DNA of 64,000 nt, taken from Chthonomonadaceae bacterium (GTDB taxonomy: Bacteria; Armatimonadota; Chthonomonadetes; Chthonomonadales; Chthonomonadaceae). Position numbers and translations under genes: made by a program. The stretch covers positions 1 through 64,000 of the forward strand of contig DASRGZ010000143.1 in assembly GCA_035650735.1 (NCBI GenBank), given 5' to 3'. The notes beneath the pieces were generated by a model. The model did not search any database, was not told where the DNA came from, and saw only the letters and a list, made by a program, of their open reading frames with translations. Position 1 is the first letter of the stretch; every line of letters starts with the position of its first letter. Below, one piece after another: positions 31,001 through 38,927 of this stretch.

Positions 31001-34000
31001 CACGCCGAAACTTGATGAGATTTAATGACGCTAGATTGCAGGCGCTATCATTTAGGAACATATATTCACTGTTGTGGACAAAAACGCCTGAATAGTTTAG
31101 CGCGCCTTCCGCACAGGACAGCTCTGTTGAGGTCAGGATGGCGAAGTTATGATGGGTGTCTACCGTGCCGTCGTAGACATCTTCATAGCCGCAGAACGCG
31201 ACGGAAACCACCTTATGATTGTACAGCGCGGCCTCCTCGCGCAGAGCGGCCTCACTGTCAAAGTGCAGTGCGACCGTCTCCGCTGTCGGCACGCGCGTTG
31301 CCCCTAGCGCGCGGGCTTGGGCACGCAGGGAGTCCCAGGCATCCAGCGAGACGGGGAGGCCATTATCCAGCAGCAGGCGCGCGGCTTTCAGGATGGCGTT
31401 GCGGTGGCTGGTCAACGCCGCCCGCCGCTTGGTTTCCGGGTCGCTGGCAGCGCGGACGCTGGCGCTGAGCTTGGCCCGATGGTCGGCGGTGAGCACGCGG
31501 CCCCGGTTGTGCGCCCAGGTCTTTTCGCCGCTCATCTGCATTCCCATCGGGCTATAGCGGCAGGCATAGGAGCAGAATATCTGCTCAATGCGCGCCGTGA
31601 TAAAGTTGTTCCGGCAGACCGGGCAGCACCGCTCGTAACGCTCTCCGCACGGACGACCGACCGGGCGGCCCTCGGCTTTTGCCCGTGCCAGCGCCGCTTT
31701 GATGCTTGCGCCGGAGCGTTGACGCTCTTCACTGCTGGCCCAACGCTGCGCCGACCTCTCGCGCATACGGCGGCGCGTCTCCTCCGAGTGCATATGTCCA
31801 TAATGGCCGTTCTTCTCGCCGCGCTGCGCTTCGGCGATATGCTGCCGCCAGGCCGCGCTCATAAAGCGGCAGGCCGGATTGTTATCGCCAAGCATTCCCT
31901 CTCGATGCAGGGCCGCATGTTCCTCGGCGGGCATTAGTTCCAGGTTTGCCAGAGTATCGTTGAGGGCATTGAAGTCGCGGTGATGAATGTGGCAGCCCTC
32001 CGGCGTTTTGCCGTTGGCATACTCCCAGACGGCCCGGTACTGCGGCTTCCAGGCGCGTCCGGACCAATAGTAGCGCCGCTTCGTCCGCACATTCGCAGGC
32101 ATAAGCACCTTCGAATGGAAGGGCATCAGCGCATCGCCCGCTTTTAGATCGCGCACCATGCGGTACGCGCCGTCGCGCAGCATAATGAGATGGTCATCCG
32201 TGGCGCGGAAACTGCTACCGTCGTCCAGAGTCACACGGAAGACCGGCGCATTATGACGCTTCACGCCGATATTCCACATGCGCGAGATGGTTGTGCGCCC
32301 CGTGGCAAGGTCATGGGCATAGACAGGGACTTCCGTGCCGACCAGGTCCTTAATGGCGACAGCATTGCGCCCATCGGCGACCGCTATGAGCGTGTCTCCG
32401 GTGACACAGCACGGGTTCGAAGCGTAGATGCGATCCGTGTTCTTGCAGGTATGCCACTTGTTGATGGTCGTGTCGTACTGAATGCCGGGATCGCCGCAAA
32501 CCCAGGCGCTCTGCCCGATCATCTTCATCAGTTCGCGGGCCTTGTAGGTGCCGGCAACTTCGCCGGAAAGGACGTAGTGCGTGTTCCAGTCGCCGTCCTG
32601 CTCACAGGCGCGCATGAACTCGTCGGTGACGCGCACAGAGTGGTTGGCGTTCTGGAAGGAGACGCTGTCATACGCGCCACCCGGCACGTTGAACGCGCCG
32701 CTGTAGCCGGCATCAATCAGCGCCCAGGCTTTGCGCTCCTCTTTCTCCTTGCAGGTGATGAAGTCTACAATGTCCGGATGGTCTACGTCTAGTATGACCA
32801 TTTTTGCCGCCCGCCTGGTCTTTCCTCCGCTATTATGGTTTATAATGCCATTTGCGACAAAAGAATGCGTCCCAGGCACGGTGAAGTCGTACGTGACCGC
32901 CGGTTCCGCCGGCTGCACCGAGGCGACGACATCCCAGAAGAACTCTCGTTCCAGGATCGTTTCCAGCGTCTGCGCCCAGTCAGGATTTAGAGACCGTACT
33001 TTCTCGACCAATCCCGGCGCGCTGCGCAACCGGTTATACGAGATGCCCGTTCCCGGCCTCCGGTTAAAGAAGCCGAAGGCAAGAGGACGCTTCCCGCCGC
33101 CCGCGCACGCGAAGTATTTCGAGCGGTGGGCGCAGGCGCGCAGCACATCTACCAGGAAGGGAACCACATCAATATTCGTGTTCTTGTCACCCGCGAACTC
33201 GGCGGCGCGGCGTTTCCGCGAGGAGATAAAGCCGACCTCACGCACGAACATCCATGCCTGCTCGCCGCGCAGATACAGGCACCAGTAGGTTTTTCCATTG
33301 ACCGCATGTGGTCGCAGGAGCGGAACCATGCCTATGTTGAGCAGGAGCAGTTGGATCTCTTGCAGGAGCGTTTGCGAGGCGCTGGCGGCATAGACATGCG
33401 TAGAGACATGCCCATCGCCTTCAAAGTAGGCGCGCAGGAACTCTACGACCAGGGCGCGCGGCGCGCAGCGGATACTCCAGGGAACGGACCTGGCTTCGGA
33501 ACGCCCCGTCGTTAGGCCGACGTGCTTCAGGAAGCGCACCGCGTTCGTCCAGCAGGCTTCAAATTGCCAGGTGGTCACGCCGGTCTGCGGATGCACGCGC
33601 TGCCGGATGTTGCCCGTCGGGGCGACGCCAAACACCGCCTGCACGCAGGCCAGGAAGTCGTGGAAGACCTCCTCGTCCGCGTTGCTGAATCGGAAGCGCT
33701 CGTCGTCCAGGCTGCCCTCCGAGACCATATAGCCGAGGAGCCTTGCCAGCTCCGGGGTCAACGCCTTCGGATAGGCGAGCGTCTTCTTGGCCGACTTTGT
33801 TTGCGGCTGGAAGTCCTGGAAAGAGGGCGCCTCGGCAGGCCACATCTCCATGCGCCGCGATACGGCCACGCGATCCCCGGCGGTGAGGTCGGCCAGCCGC
33901 TTCCAGACAAGCGCGAACGAAGGAGTCAGCGTGAGCACGGGATGCTCCGACGTGCCGCGAAGACTCAGGCCGGTATGCTGCAAGGTCAGGCGGAACGTCT

Positions 34001-34973
34001 CCGCTTCGGGGCTTACATAGACGTGGGAGATGCGCGTCGGGCCGTCTTTCGTTGCCAGCGTGACCGATTCATCGGCATGGAAACCGGACGGCAGCGTGGT
34101 ATCAATGACCTCTCCGAGCGTCTGAAGCCCCCGGTCGGTATAGATATAGGCATCCGGCGTCAGGCACTTAATCGCGCCCGCAAACTGGTCGAAACCGCGC
34201 ATGAAGGAGATCGGCCCGGAGGCCGTCCCGCCGCCCTGCAGCGGTTCGCGCGAACCGCGTATCGTCGAGAGGTTCGTGCCCGTGCCGCTGCCGTACTTAA
34301 ACAGCATACCCTCCGTCTTCGCCAGCGTCAGGATCGACTCCATCGTGTCCTCCACGCTGTTGATAAAACAGGCTGAGCACTGCGGGCGCGGCTGGTCCGG
34401 CAGGCCGACATTGAACCAGACGGGAGAATTGAAGGCGGCTTTCTGATGCAGGAGGATATGCGTCAGCTCGTCCTGAAAGGCCTGAGCGTCCTCTTCGGTG
34501 GCGAAGTAGTCCATCGCGCGGCCCCAACCCGCCATTGTGTTCGCGACGCGCCCAATCAACTGGCGGACGCTGCGCTCACGCTGCGGCGTGCCGATGTGGC
34601 CCCGGAAGTACTTGGAGACGACCACGTTGGTTGCCAGTTGGGACCAGGACTTGGGGATCTCGACGCCCTTCTGCTCGAAGACCTTCTCGCCGCGCTCGTT
34701 GGTGATGACGGCGTCGCGCAGCTCCCATTCGACCGTGCTGTAGACGTCCTCGCCCTTTTTCGTAAAGCGGCGCTCGACTCGCAAGCCGGGGGCGTTGGCA
34801 GGCCGCACGCTCTTGCGCTTGCCGTCGGTGGGTTTGGCGCGAACGACCGCCTTGCCGTAGTCTTTGGCGTGACCGTTGGCGGTCGCAGTGACGTTCTGCG
34901 CGGGCGTCTCGGTTTCGTCCTGATGAATAACGGATTCGATATCCGTCTGATGGGGATTCGGATCCTGAGTCAA
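28041..34973 (-). CDS. nrdJ: Class II (AdoCbl-dependent) ribonucleotide reductase with three inteins; precursor about 2310 aa, spliced about 986 aa
   Basis: GGAGG then TTG 34973; FNSPVWFN, QCSACFI, GGKTRRAAKM, NPC-SE, CNLASLNL, APTG-TI, ISGAISKTVN, YRDGSK, C-terminal TSCPD-like region and CTEC..CLNC. Confidence 0.95.
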   Translation of the reverse strand: MTQDPNPHQTDIESVIHQDETETPAQNVTATANGHAKDYGKAVVRAKPTDGKRKSVRPANAPGLRVERRFTKKGEDVYSTVEWELRDAVITNERGEKVFEQKGVEIPKSWSQLATNVVVSKYFRGHIGTPQRERSVRQLIGRVANTMAGWGRAMDYFATEEDAQAFQDELTHILLHQKAAFNSPVWFNVGLPDQPRPQCSACFINSVEDTMESILTLAKTEGMLFKYGSGTGTNLSTIRGSREPLQGGGTASGPISFMRGFDQFAGAIKCLTPDAYIYTDRGLQTLGEVIDTTLPSGFHADESVTLATKDGPTRISHVYVSPEAETFRLTLQHTGLSLRGTSEHPVLTLTPSFALVWKRLADLTAGDRVAVSRRMEMWPAEAPSFQDFQPQTKSAKKTLAYPKALTPELARLLGYMVSEGSLDDERFRFSNADEEVFHDFLACVQAVFGVAPTGNIRQRVHPQTGVTTWQFEACWTNAVRFLKHVGLTTGRSEARSVPWSIRCAPRALVVEFLRAYFEGDGHVSTHVYAASASQTLLQEIQLLLLNIGMVPLLRPHAVNGKTYWCLYLRGEQAWMFVREVGFISSRKRRAAEFAGDKNTNIDVVPFLVDVLRACAHRSKYFACAGGGKRPLAFGFFNRRPGTGISYNRLRSAPGLVEKVRSLNPDWAQTLETILEREFFWDVVASVQPAEPAVTYDFTVPGTHSFVANGIINHNSGGKTRRAAKMVILDVDHPDIVDFITCKEKEERKAWALIDAGYSGAFNVPGGAYDSVSFQNANHSVRVTDEFMRACEQDGDWNTHYVLSGEVAGTYKARELMKMIGQSAWVCGDPGIQYDTTINKWHTCKNTDRIYASNPCCVTGDTLIAVADGRNAVAIKDLVGTEVPVYAHDLATGRTTISRMWNIGVKRHNAPVFRVTLDDGSSFRATDDHLIMLRDGAYRMVRDLKAGDALMPFHSKVLMPANVRTKRRYYWSGRAWKPQYRAVWEYANGKTPEGCHIHHRDFNALNDTLANLELMPAEEHAALHREGMLGDNNPACRFMSAAWRQHIAEAQRGEKNGHYGHMHSEETRRRMRERSAQRWASSEERQRSGASIKAALARAKAEGRPVGRPCGERYERCCPVCRNNFITARIEQIFCSYACRYSPMGMQMSGEKTWAHNRGRVLTADHRAKLSASVRAASDPETKRRAALTSHRNAILKAARLLLDNGLPVSLDAWDSLRAQARALGATRVPTAETVALHFDSEAALREEAALYNHKVVSVAFCGYEDVYDGTVDTHHNFAILTSTELSCAEGALNYSGVFVHNSEYMFLNDSACNLASLNLIKFRREDGEFDTEAFKHACRILITAQEIIVDNASYPTPRIAENSHDYRPLGLGYANLGALLMARGVPYDSDAGRAYAGAITALMTGEAYHQSSIIARDHGWPFPGYAKNREPFLEVMRMHRAAVDEIDARLVPDDLLGAARRAWDDAIASGEKHGYRNAQATVLAPTGCLVGDSLILTGRGLVRLRSLGDPNGAQWQRLDIEVATDEGPRQASQFYVNGVEPVVTIETGRGYRIQGTPTHRVKVVDAQGNWQWKRFADIRPGDRVPLMLGGLVGTPQRVPLPPLAEAYWTSDHTTFVPRQMTADLAEFVGYFMGDGSLHSKGIRLCVTASDRDVVARLQQLGRSLFGIEAAITERQGYTEVAFNSVRLTLWWEACGFAKIPPSQEHTGKGYLPHIPDAVLHSNDPAIYAAFVRGLFEADSTISNGYVAWTTRSESFSRDVQSLLLALGFVTTRKIDPPQAGKWGQNPPYVLRLLNVSVAGRFGEEIGFLSDRKRALLTVQDHPQAARYDHIPITREMVDELAPADDALRKTLLMSLARHGMVSRRAATELLKRANSPKLGHLLGFCYDEVATAELGEEQFTYDLSVPDNVTYVANGFVSHNTIGFLMDCDTTGIEPDIAIVKYKNLVGGGVMKIVNTTVPEALQRLGYTQPQIQAILAYIDQHDTIEGAPELKPEHLPIFDCAFKPANGTRSIHYMGHVRMMAAAQPFISGAISKTVNMPHEATPEEIVQTYIEGWKLGLKAIAIYRDGSKRTQPLTTKKAEVEEPKVVEAVKAEPAPAAPVVEARRPMRRKLPDERRSITHKFSVAGHEGYITVGMYEDGTPGEIFLTMSKEGSTISGLMDSFATAISLALQYGVPLQTLVDKFAHTRFEPSGITNNPEIRFAKSIMDYIFRWLGAKFLNHQPVNNEPTLSNGNGHGEEAALQAGPAPAGPRLALTSAEPSAQALSLAEHEHETFQNQADAPICTECGSLMVRNGACFKCLNCGSVFGCS
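29214..30512 (-). mobile_element. Intein 3 (433 aa), LAGLIDADG type
   Basis: APTG|CLVGDS...YVANGFVSHN|TIG; GTPTH; FVGYFMGDG, FVRGLFEAD. Confidence 0.93.
31071..32408 (-). mobile_element. Intein 2 (446 aa) with HNH and NUMOD3-like cargo
   Basis: NPC|CVTGDT...GVFVHN|SEY; ATDDH; HIHHRDFNALNDTLANL; HSEETRRRM; CPVC..FCSYAC. Confidence 0.9.
32832..34166 (-). mobile_element. Intein 1 (445 aa), LAGLIDADG type
   Basis: AIK|CLTPDA...FVANGIINHN|SGG; LLGYMVSEG, FLRAYFEGDG. Confidence 0.93.
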
Positions 34974-35443
34974 CTCTTCGTTCCTCCAATGGTTAACAGG
35001 TTGGGGCTGCGTGGCGCAAACAGGGTTCCTTCTAAGGGAATCTCCGGGATATGGGAAAAGCGGAAAGGAATGCCGGGGAACCTTTGCCCGGTATCGGGCA
35101 GAAGCCAATCGGCGGCCAGCAGGGCTTCCGGCGATGCCGCCAGGCAGCCCTTGGCCCATAGTACCCCAAGAAAATCCGTTTCCAGTGCCAGAACCCCTGT
35201 TCTCTGCGCTCGGCGTTGCGTTGACGACATGGTCTCTGCTCTCCCGCGAGCACGCCCGTCCGGCGCAGCGCGACGGCGCAACGGCCAGACTGGCGGCGCT
35301 CCTTGCCAATGGTGCATTCGCTTCTTCCCGGCAACGCCGGCGGGAAGGGGACGCTCAGGACTAGCGCATCCACCGATTTTTCTCTCCTCATGCCAACCGA
35401 GCACGTTCGCAAGGAGAGGAAGAGGCGCTTGCCCTAGGGGACG

Positions 35444-35914
35444 CTAAGGTTTCTTGTTGCGGCGGCGCAATAGCATATTCACAATCTCTTTGAACTGGGT
35501 AGCATCCTCAAACTGGCGGTAGACGGAGGCAAAGCGGACATAGGCCACGTGATCGAGGGTGCGCAGCCGCTCCATCACCATCTCGCCGATTTCGCGGGAC
35601 GAGACCTCTTTTTCCAGGCGGTTGTAAAGCTGGCGCTCGATCTCCTGAGCGATCTCGTCGAGCGTTTCAAAGCTGATGTCGCGTCCCTTGCAGGCCAACT
35701 GCATCCCGTGCACGATCTTCTGGCGGTTGAATGGTTCGCGACGATTGTCAGATTTCACGACAAAAAGCTGTAGCTCCTCGATCTCTTCCATCGTGGTAAA
35801 ACGCCGTCCGCAGGCTTCACATTCCCGGCGGCGTTTGATGGAAGCGCCATCGTTGAGGGTGCGCGTTTCGAGAACGCGGTCCTTGTTAAGCGTTCCGCAG
35901 AACGGGCACTTCAT
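35444..35914 (-). CDS. nrdR: Transcriptional repressor NrdR
   Basis: MKCPFC, RRRECEACGRRFTT, ATP cone, VAYVRFASVY. Confidence 0.97.
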   Translation of the reverse strand: MKCPFCGTLNKDRVLETRTLNDGASIKRRRECEACGRRFTTMEEIEELQLFVVKSDNRREPFNRQKIVHGMQLACKGRDISFETLDEIAQEIERQLYNRLEKEVSSREIGEMVMERLRTLDHVAYVRFASVYRQFEDATQFKEIVNMLLRRRNKKP

Positions 35915-36034
35915 GGCCTGGCAGTCACCCCGCTCAGACTCCTTCTCGCTCTGGCGCGGGCGAAAGAGGTAACTTTCGGGCCGCGTCGGCCCCGCTAGGT
36001 TTAGGGGCGGAGACCTCCCCAGATGCCGGCTTGA

Positions 36035-36081
36035 ACACTAAATATGTTCTAACTTTCGCGTTCGCCGCCTATATATGGGGA
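36035..36081 (-). promoter_or_regulatory. Tandem NrdR boxes
   Basis: ACACTAAATATGTTCT (36035) and CGCCTATATATGGGGA (36066), 31 bp apart, resembling acaCwAtATaTwGtgt. Confidence 0.65.
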
Positions 36082-36088
36082 CAAGCAA

Positions 36089-36118
36089 AGCATATCATCC
36101 CTACGGGTAGGTTGTCAA
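36089..36118 (-). promoter_or_regulatory. Sigma70 promoter of nrdR(-nrdJ)
   Basis: TTGACA-18 nt-TATGCT with extended -10 TG. Confidence 0.7.
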
Positions 36119-36213
36119 GTAGTTTGGAAAAAAAGAGTCGGAGAAATTCTTGCGGCCTCGTCCGGCCCCTCTCGTTGTGAAAGAGAGGGGCGGACAGGCT
36201 GCTGGCGCAGGCG

Positions 36214-36714
36214 CTACCGGCGCAGCCCAAAGGTGGGTGGGTCCGGGGGCAGTGGGGCCGCCGGCCAGACATACAGAGGCGTCGGTGTCGGCTGCCAGGT
36301 GGCCGGCGTGGCGGAGGGAGCTGCGGCGACCGGAGCGGGCGCCGGGAGCAGGTAGCGAACCTGGGGCGCGGGAGGGAGGCTTTCCGCCGGGGCGGCGGTC
36401 AGGCTCTTCTCCGCGCGGGCCGAACTGGGCTGCGGCGTGGGGACGGAACGCACGGCCATTATCCGAGAGGGAGCGGGAGACCAGCGCAGCATCGCGGCTA
36501 TCAGGAGCACGACGAGCGCCAGCTCGCCGGCTATCAGGCGCAGCAGGCGGGTATCGCGGCGTAGGCCGCCCTGCGTGGCGCGGACGCGGGGAGCGCCCGA
36601 CGCAGGCCAGGGGATCGGCTGCGTGACATCCAGCGCGGAGGCCGAGAAGTGTAGAGTCTCCATACCAGCGGTCACGTCCCTGGCATCAGGCGATGGAGAG
36701 GAAGCGGATACCAT
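36214..36714 (-). CDS. Single-TM Pro/Ala-rich hypothetical protein (start uncertain)
   Basis: Hydrophobic LALVVLLIAAML followed by a P/A-rich tail. Confidence 0.45.
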   Translation of the reverse strand: MVSASSPSPDARDVTAGMETLHFSASALDVTQPIPWPASGAPRVRATQGGLRRDTRLLRLIAGELALVVLLIAAMLRWSPAPSRIMAVRSVPTPQPSSARAEKSLTAAPAESLPPAPQVRYLLPAPAPVAAAPSATPATWQPTPTPLYVWPAAPLPPDPPTFGLRR

Positions 36715-36894
36715 GCCCCATTATACCAGGCGGAGCCAGGGACGGCAAGAGGCGTCTGACGGGCGCAGCAGCCCATGTAACAGCTCACACGCCGAATGTG
36801 GCCGATGTCATAGCGCCCGCGCGCGCCCGGACGGCTATACTGGGGGTATGATCCATTCGAGGGGACCGCGCTCGAAGCGCCGGGAGGCAACGCC

Positions 36895-37089
36895 ATGTTC
36901 ACGCTGCTGCTGTTCGGAGGGCTCTATCTGGGAATGGCGGTCGCATTCTACGCCTACCTGCTGACAACGGCGCAGGAAGGGTCGGAAGAGGATACAGAGA
37001 TAGAGCCGGCGGATGATTGTGACCGCCCTATCATCGTGGAGAAGGGCTGCGAGCCTCAGCGCGTCCCCTTCTCAGCGAGTGGCGCCTGA
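36895..37089 (+). CDS. Small membrane protein
   Basis: GGAGG RBS; N-terminal TM, acidic tail. Confidence 0.6.
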   Translation: MFTLLLFGGLYLGMAVAFYAYLLTTAQEGSEEDTEIEPADDCDRPIIVEKGCEPQRVPFSASGA

Positions 37090-37395
37090 GCGCATACCGG
37101 GCCCGGTATCGGAGCCATTTGCGGAGGCGCCGCCTGTCGTCATGCCCGAACTTGCACCCGGCGCGCCCGTTTGCGCGCCAGTGCCGGTCGTGGGCGTGCG
37201 TTTTTCGGTATAGCCGGCAGTGCTGCCAGCCCCAGCTACCCCAGGGGGACTGCCTCCCGCGCCCTTGTTTGGCGTCTGCTCCCTATGAGCAAGCCCCGTT
37301 CCGCCGCCGGCGGAAGTGCCCGTTGAGACACAGCCGATAACCGGCAGTAATCCAAGCAGAGCGATGACGCCTGCAAGTGTGCGTATTCCCCTCAT
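37072..37395 (-). CDS. Gly/Thr-rich putative lipoprotein
   Basis: GAGGAG RBS; MRGIRTLAGVIALLGLLPVIG-C lipobox-like. Confidence 0.6.
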   Translation of the reverse strand: MRGIRTLAGVIALLGLLPVIGCVSTGTSAGGGTGLAHREQTPNKGAGGSPPGVAGAGSTAGYTEKRTPTTGTGAQTGAPGASSGMTTGGASANGSDTGPGMRSGATR

Positions 37396-37522
37396 CCTTA
37401 TACTCCTCATGGTCCGCACGATCCGGTTATGGGACACATACCGACGGATTAATGTTCCGTCAATGCCCTATCGGGAACGATTCGGGCATGGGAAGAGCGT
37501 ACTCCTCAGAATCCATCGCTTT

Positions 37523-37552
37523 TTGACGGACGGCGGGCCGGCGTGTTATAAT
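37523..37552 (+). promoter_or_regulatory. Sigma70 promoter facing the 3' end of xerD
   Basis: TTGACG-18 nt-TATAAT with extended -10 TG. Confidence 0.6.
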
Positions 37553-37641
37553 GGCGCGCCTAAGCCTGCCATGCCGGAGGTAGGATAGGCCCGATGGGGT
37601 AGGGCCTGAGATAGAGACTTCTGGGGTGGAAAAGGAGGCGA

Positions 37642-38628
37642 TTAGGCGCGGGGATGCGCCTTTTTGTAGATGTCCTTGAGGCGCTGGTTGGTAACGTGGG
37701 TGTAGATTTCGGTCGTCGTGATCTGGGCGTGGCCGAGCAGCTCCTGGATGGTGCGCAGATCGGCCCCATGCGCCAGCAGGTGCGTCGCGAAGGAGTGACG
37801 GAGCATATGCGGGGTCACCTTCTCGTCCAGGTGCGCCTTATTGGCGGCCTCCCGGACCAGCTTATAGACATCCTGCCGCCATAGCTTCTCGCCGCGCCGG
37901 TTGGGGAAGAGCAGGGGGCTGCGCGCCTCCTCCAGCGTGATGGGCATCTGCGCGCGCCTTCGTCCCCGGCCTGGCCTGGGCGTGTCGGCGTAACGCGGCG
38001 CCGGCCCGCCCGCCTCCGCCGCCTTGACCACCAGCTTGCGCTGCGCTAGATAGAGCGCCACGTACTCGCAGGCAACCTTGCCGACCGGCACCATCCGTTC
38101 CTTCCGGTTCTTGCCAAAGCAGCGCACGGACCCGTTTTGCAGGTCTATATCGTCTATGGTCAGGCGGGTTAGCTCCGAGACGCGCAGGCCGGTGGCATAG
38201 AGCAGCTCACAGAGCGCTTTGTCGCGCAGGGAGTGGGGATCGGCGGGGTCGGTTTGGTTTAGCAGCTGCTTGACCTTGGCGGGGGAGACCGCGCGGGGTA
38301 GCCGCTTGGGCCGCTTGCGCCCTGAGATGCCCGCCATGAAATCGTCTTTACGCACGTCGTCAATGACCAGGTATTTGGCGAAGGAGTGGAGCGCGGTCAG
38401 CTTACGGGCCAGGGTGTTCTCCGAGAGGCCCTGCGCCTGCAACTGCGCGATCCAGGCCAGCACGTGGGATTCGAGCAGGTCTTCGGCGTCGCGCGCCCCC
38501 CGCTGCAGCGCCATCATCTGGAACTGCTCCAAATCCACCCGATACGAGGCGGCGGTTTCCGGCGACAACCCGCGCTCGACAATCAGGTAGTTGAGGAAGC
38601 TTTCGATGTGGGTCTGAATAGCTGCCAT
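37642..38628 (-). CDS. xerD: Tyrosine recombinase XerD
   Basis: ERGLS, LLYATGLRVSEL, GKNRKER, PHMLRHSFATHLL, LLGHA..TTEIYTHV, HPRA end. Confidence 0.85.
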   Translation of the reverse strand: MAAIQTHIESFLNYLIVERGLSPETAASYRVDLEQFQMMALQRGARDAEDLLESHVLAWIAQLQAQGLSENTLARKLTALHSFAKYLVIDDVRKDDFMAGISGRKRPKRLPRAVSPAKVKQLLNQTDPADPHSLRDKALCELLYATGLRVSELTRLTIDDIDLQNGSVRCFGKNRKERMVPVGKVACEYVALYLAQRKLVVKAAEAGGPAPRYADTPRPGRGRRRAQMPITLEEARSPLLFPNRRGEKLWRQDVYKLVREAANKAHLDEKVTPHMLRHSFATHLLAHGADLRTIQELLGHAQITTTEIYTHVTNQRLKDIYKKAHPRA

Positions 38629-38676
38629 GCTTTTCTATTCGGCAGCCCGGCGCATTTTCCTGCTTTTGTTTGAAAA

Positions 38677-38758
38677 GGTAATCCCTCCCAACGGTATTGA
38701 CGTATCTCCTCAGCAGCAGGCTGCGTGAGATTGATCCACACGGCTGGGAGTGTCTACC
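38677..38758. mobile_element. 82-bp MITE copy 1, 8-bp TSD TTTGAAAA
   Basis: Ends GGTAATCCCTCCCA / TGGGAGTGTCTACC; 79/82 identical to 46355-46436. Confidence 0.88.
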
Positions 38759-38927
38759 TTTGAAAAAAGAACGCTGATAAATGCAGATAAACGCCGATAG
38801 CCGTGAAGGACTATGTTCATCGCCGTGCAGGAAGGGTCGTTTGGCGCGTTTGATAGCGAGACGGCGGCAAGGGCAGAGTGCGGGCCAGGGCGGAGCGCGG
38901 ACGGCGCAGGAAGCGAGGAGAACGGAC

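Noticed and set aside
34974..35309. N-terminal extension of NrdJ to 35309 as in the ORF track
   Set aside because: Non-protein-like sequence; GGAGG plus TTG at 34973 is a better start
34974..35443. Cobalamin riboswitch
   Set aside because: GGGAAG is present but the other conserved B12-element motifs were not found in order
37654..37884. 76-aa plus-strand ORF antisense to xerD with upstream AAGGAGG
   Set aside because: RBS is about 15 nt from the ATG and the ORF is a reverse-frame shadow of xerD
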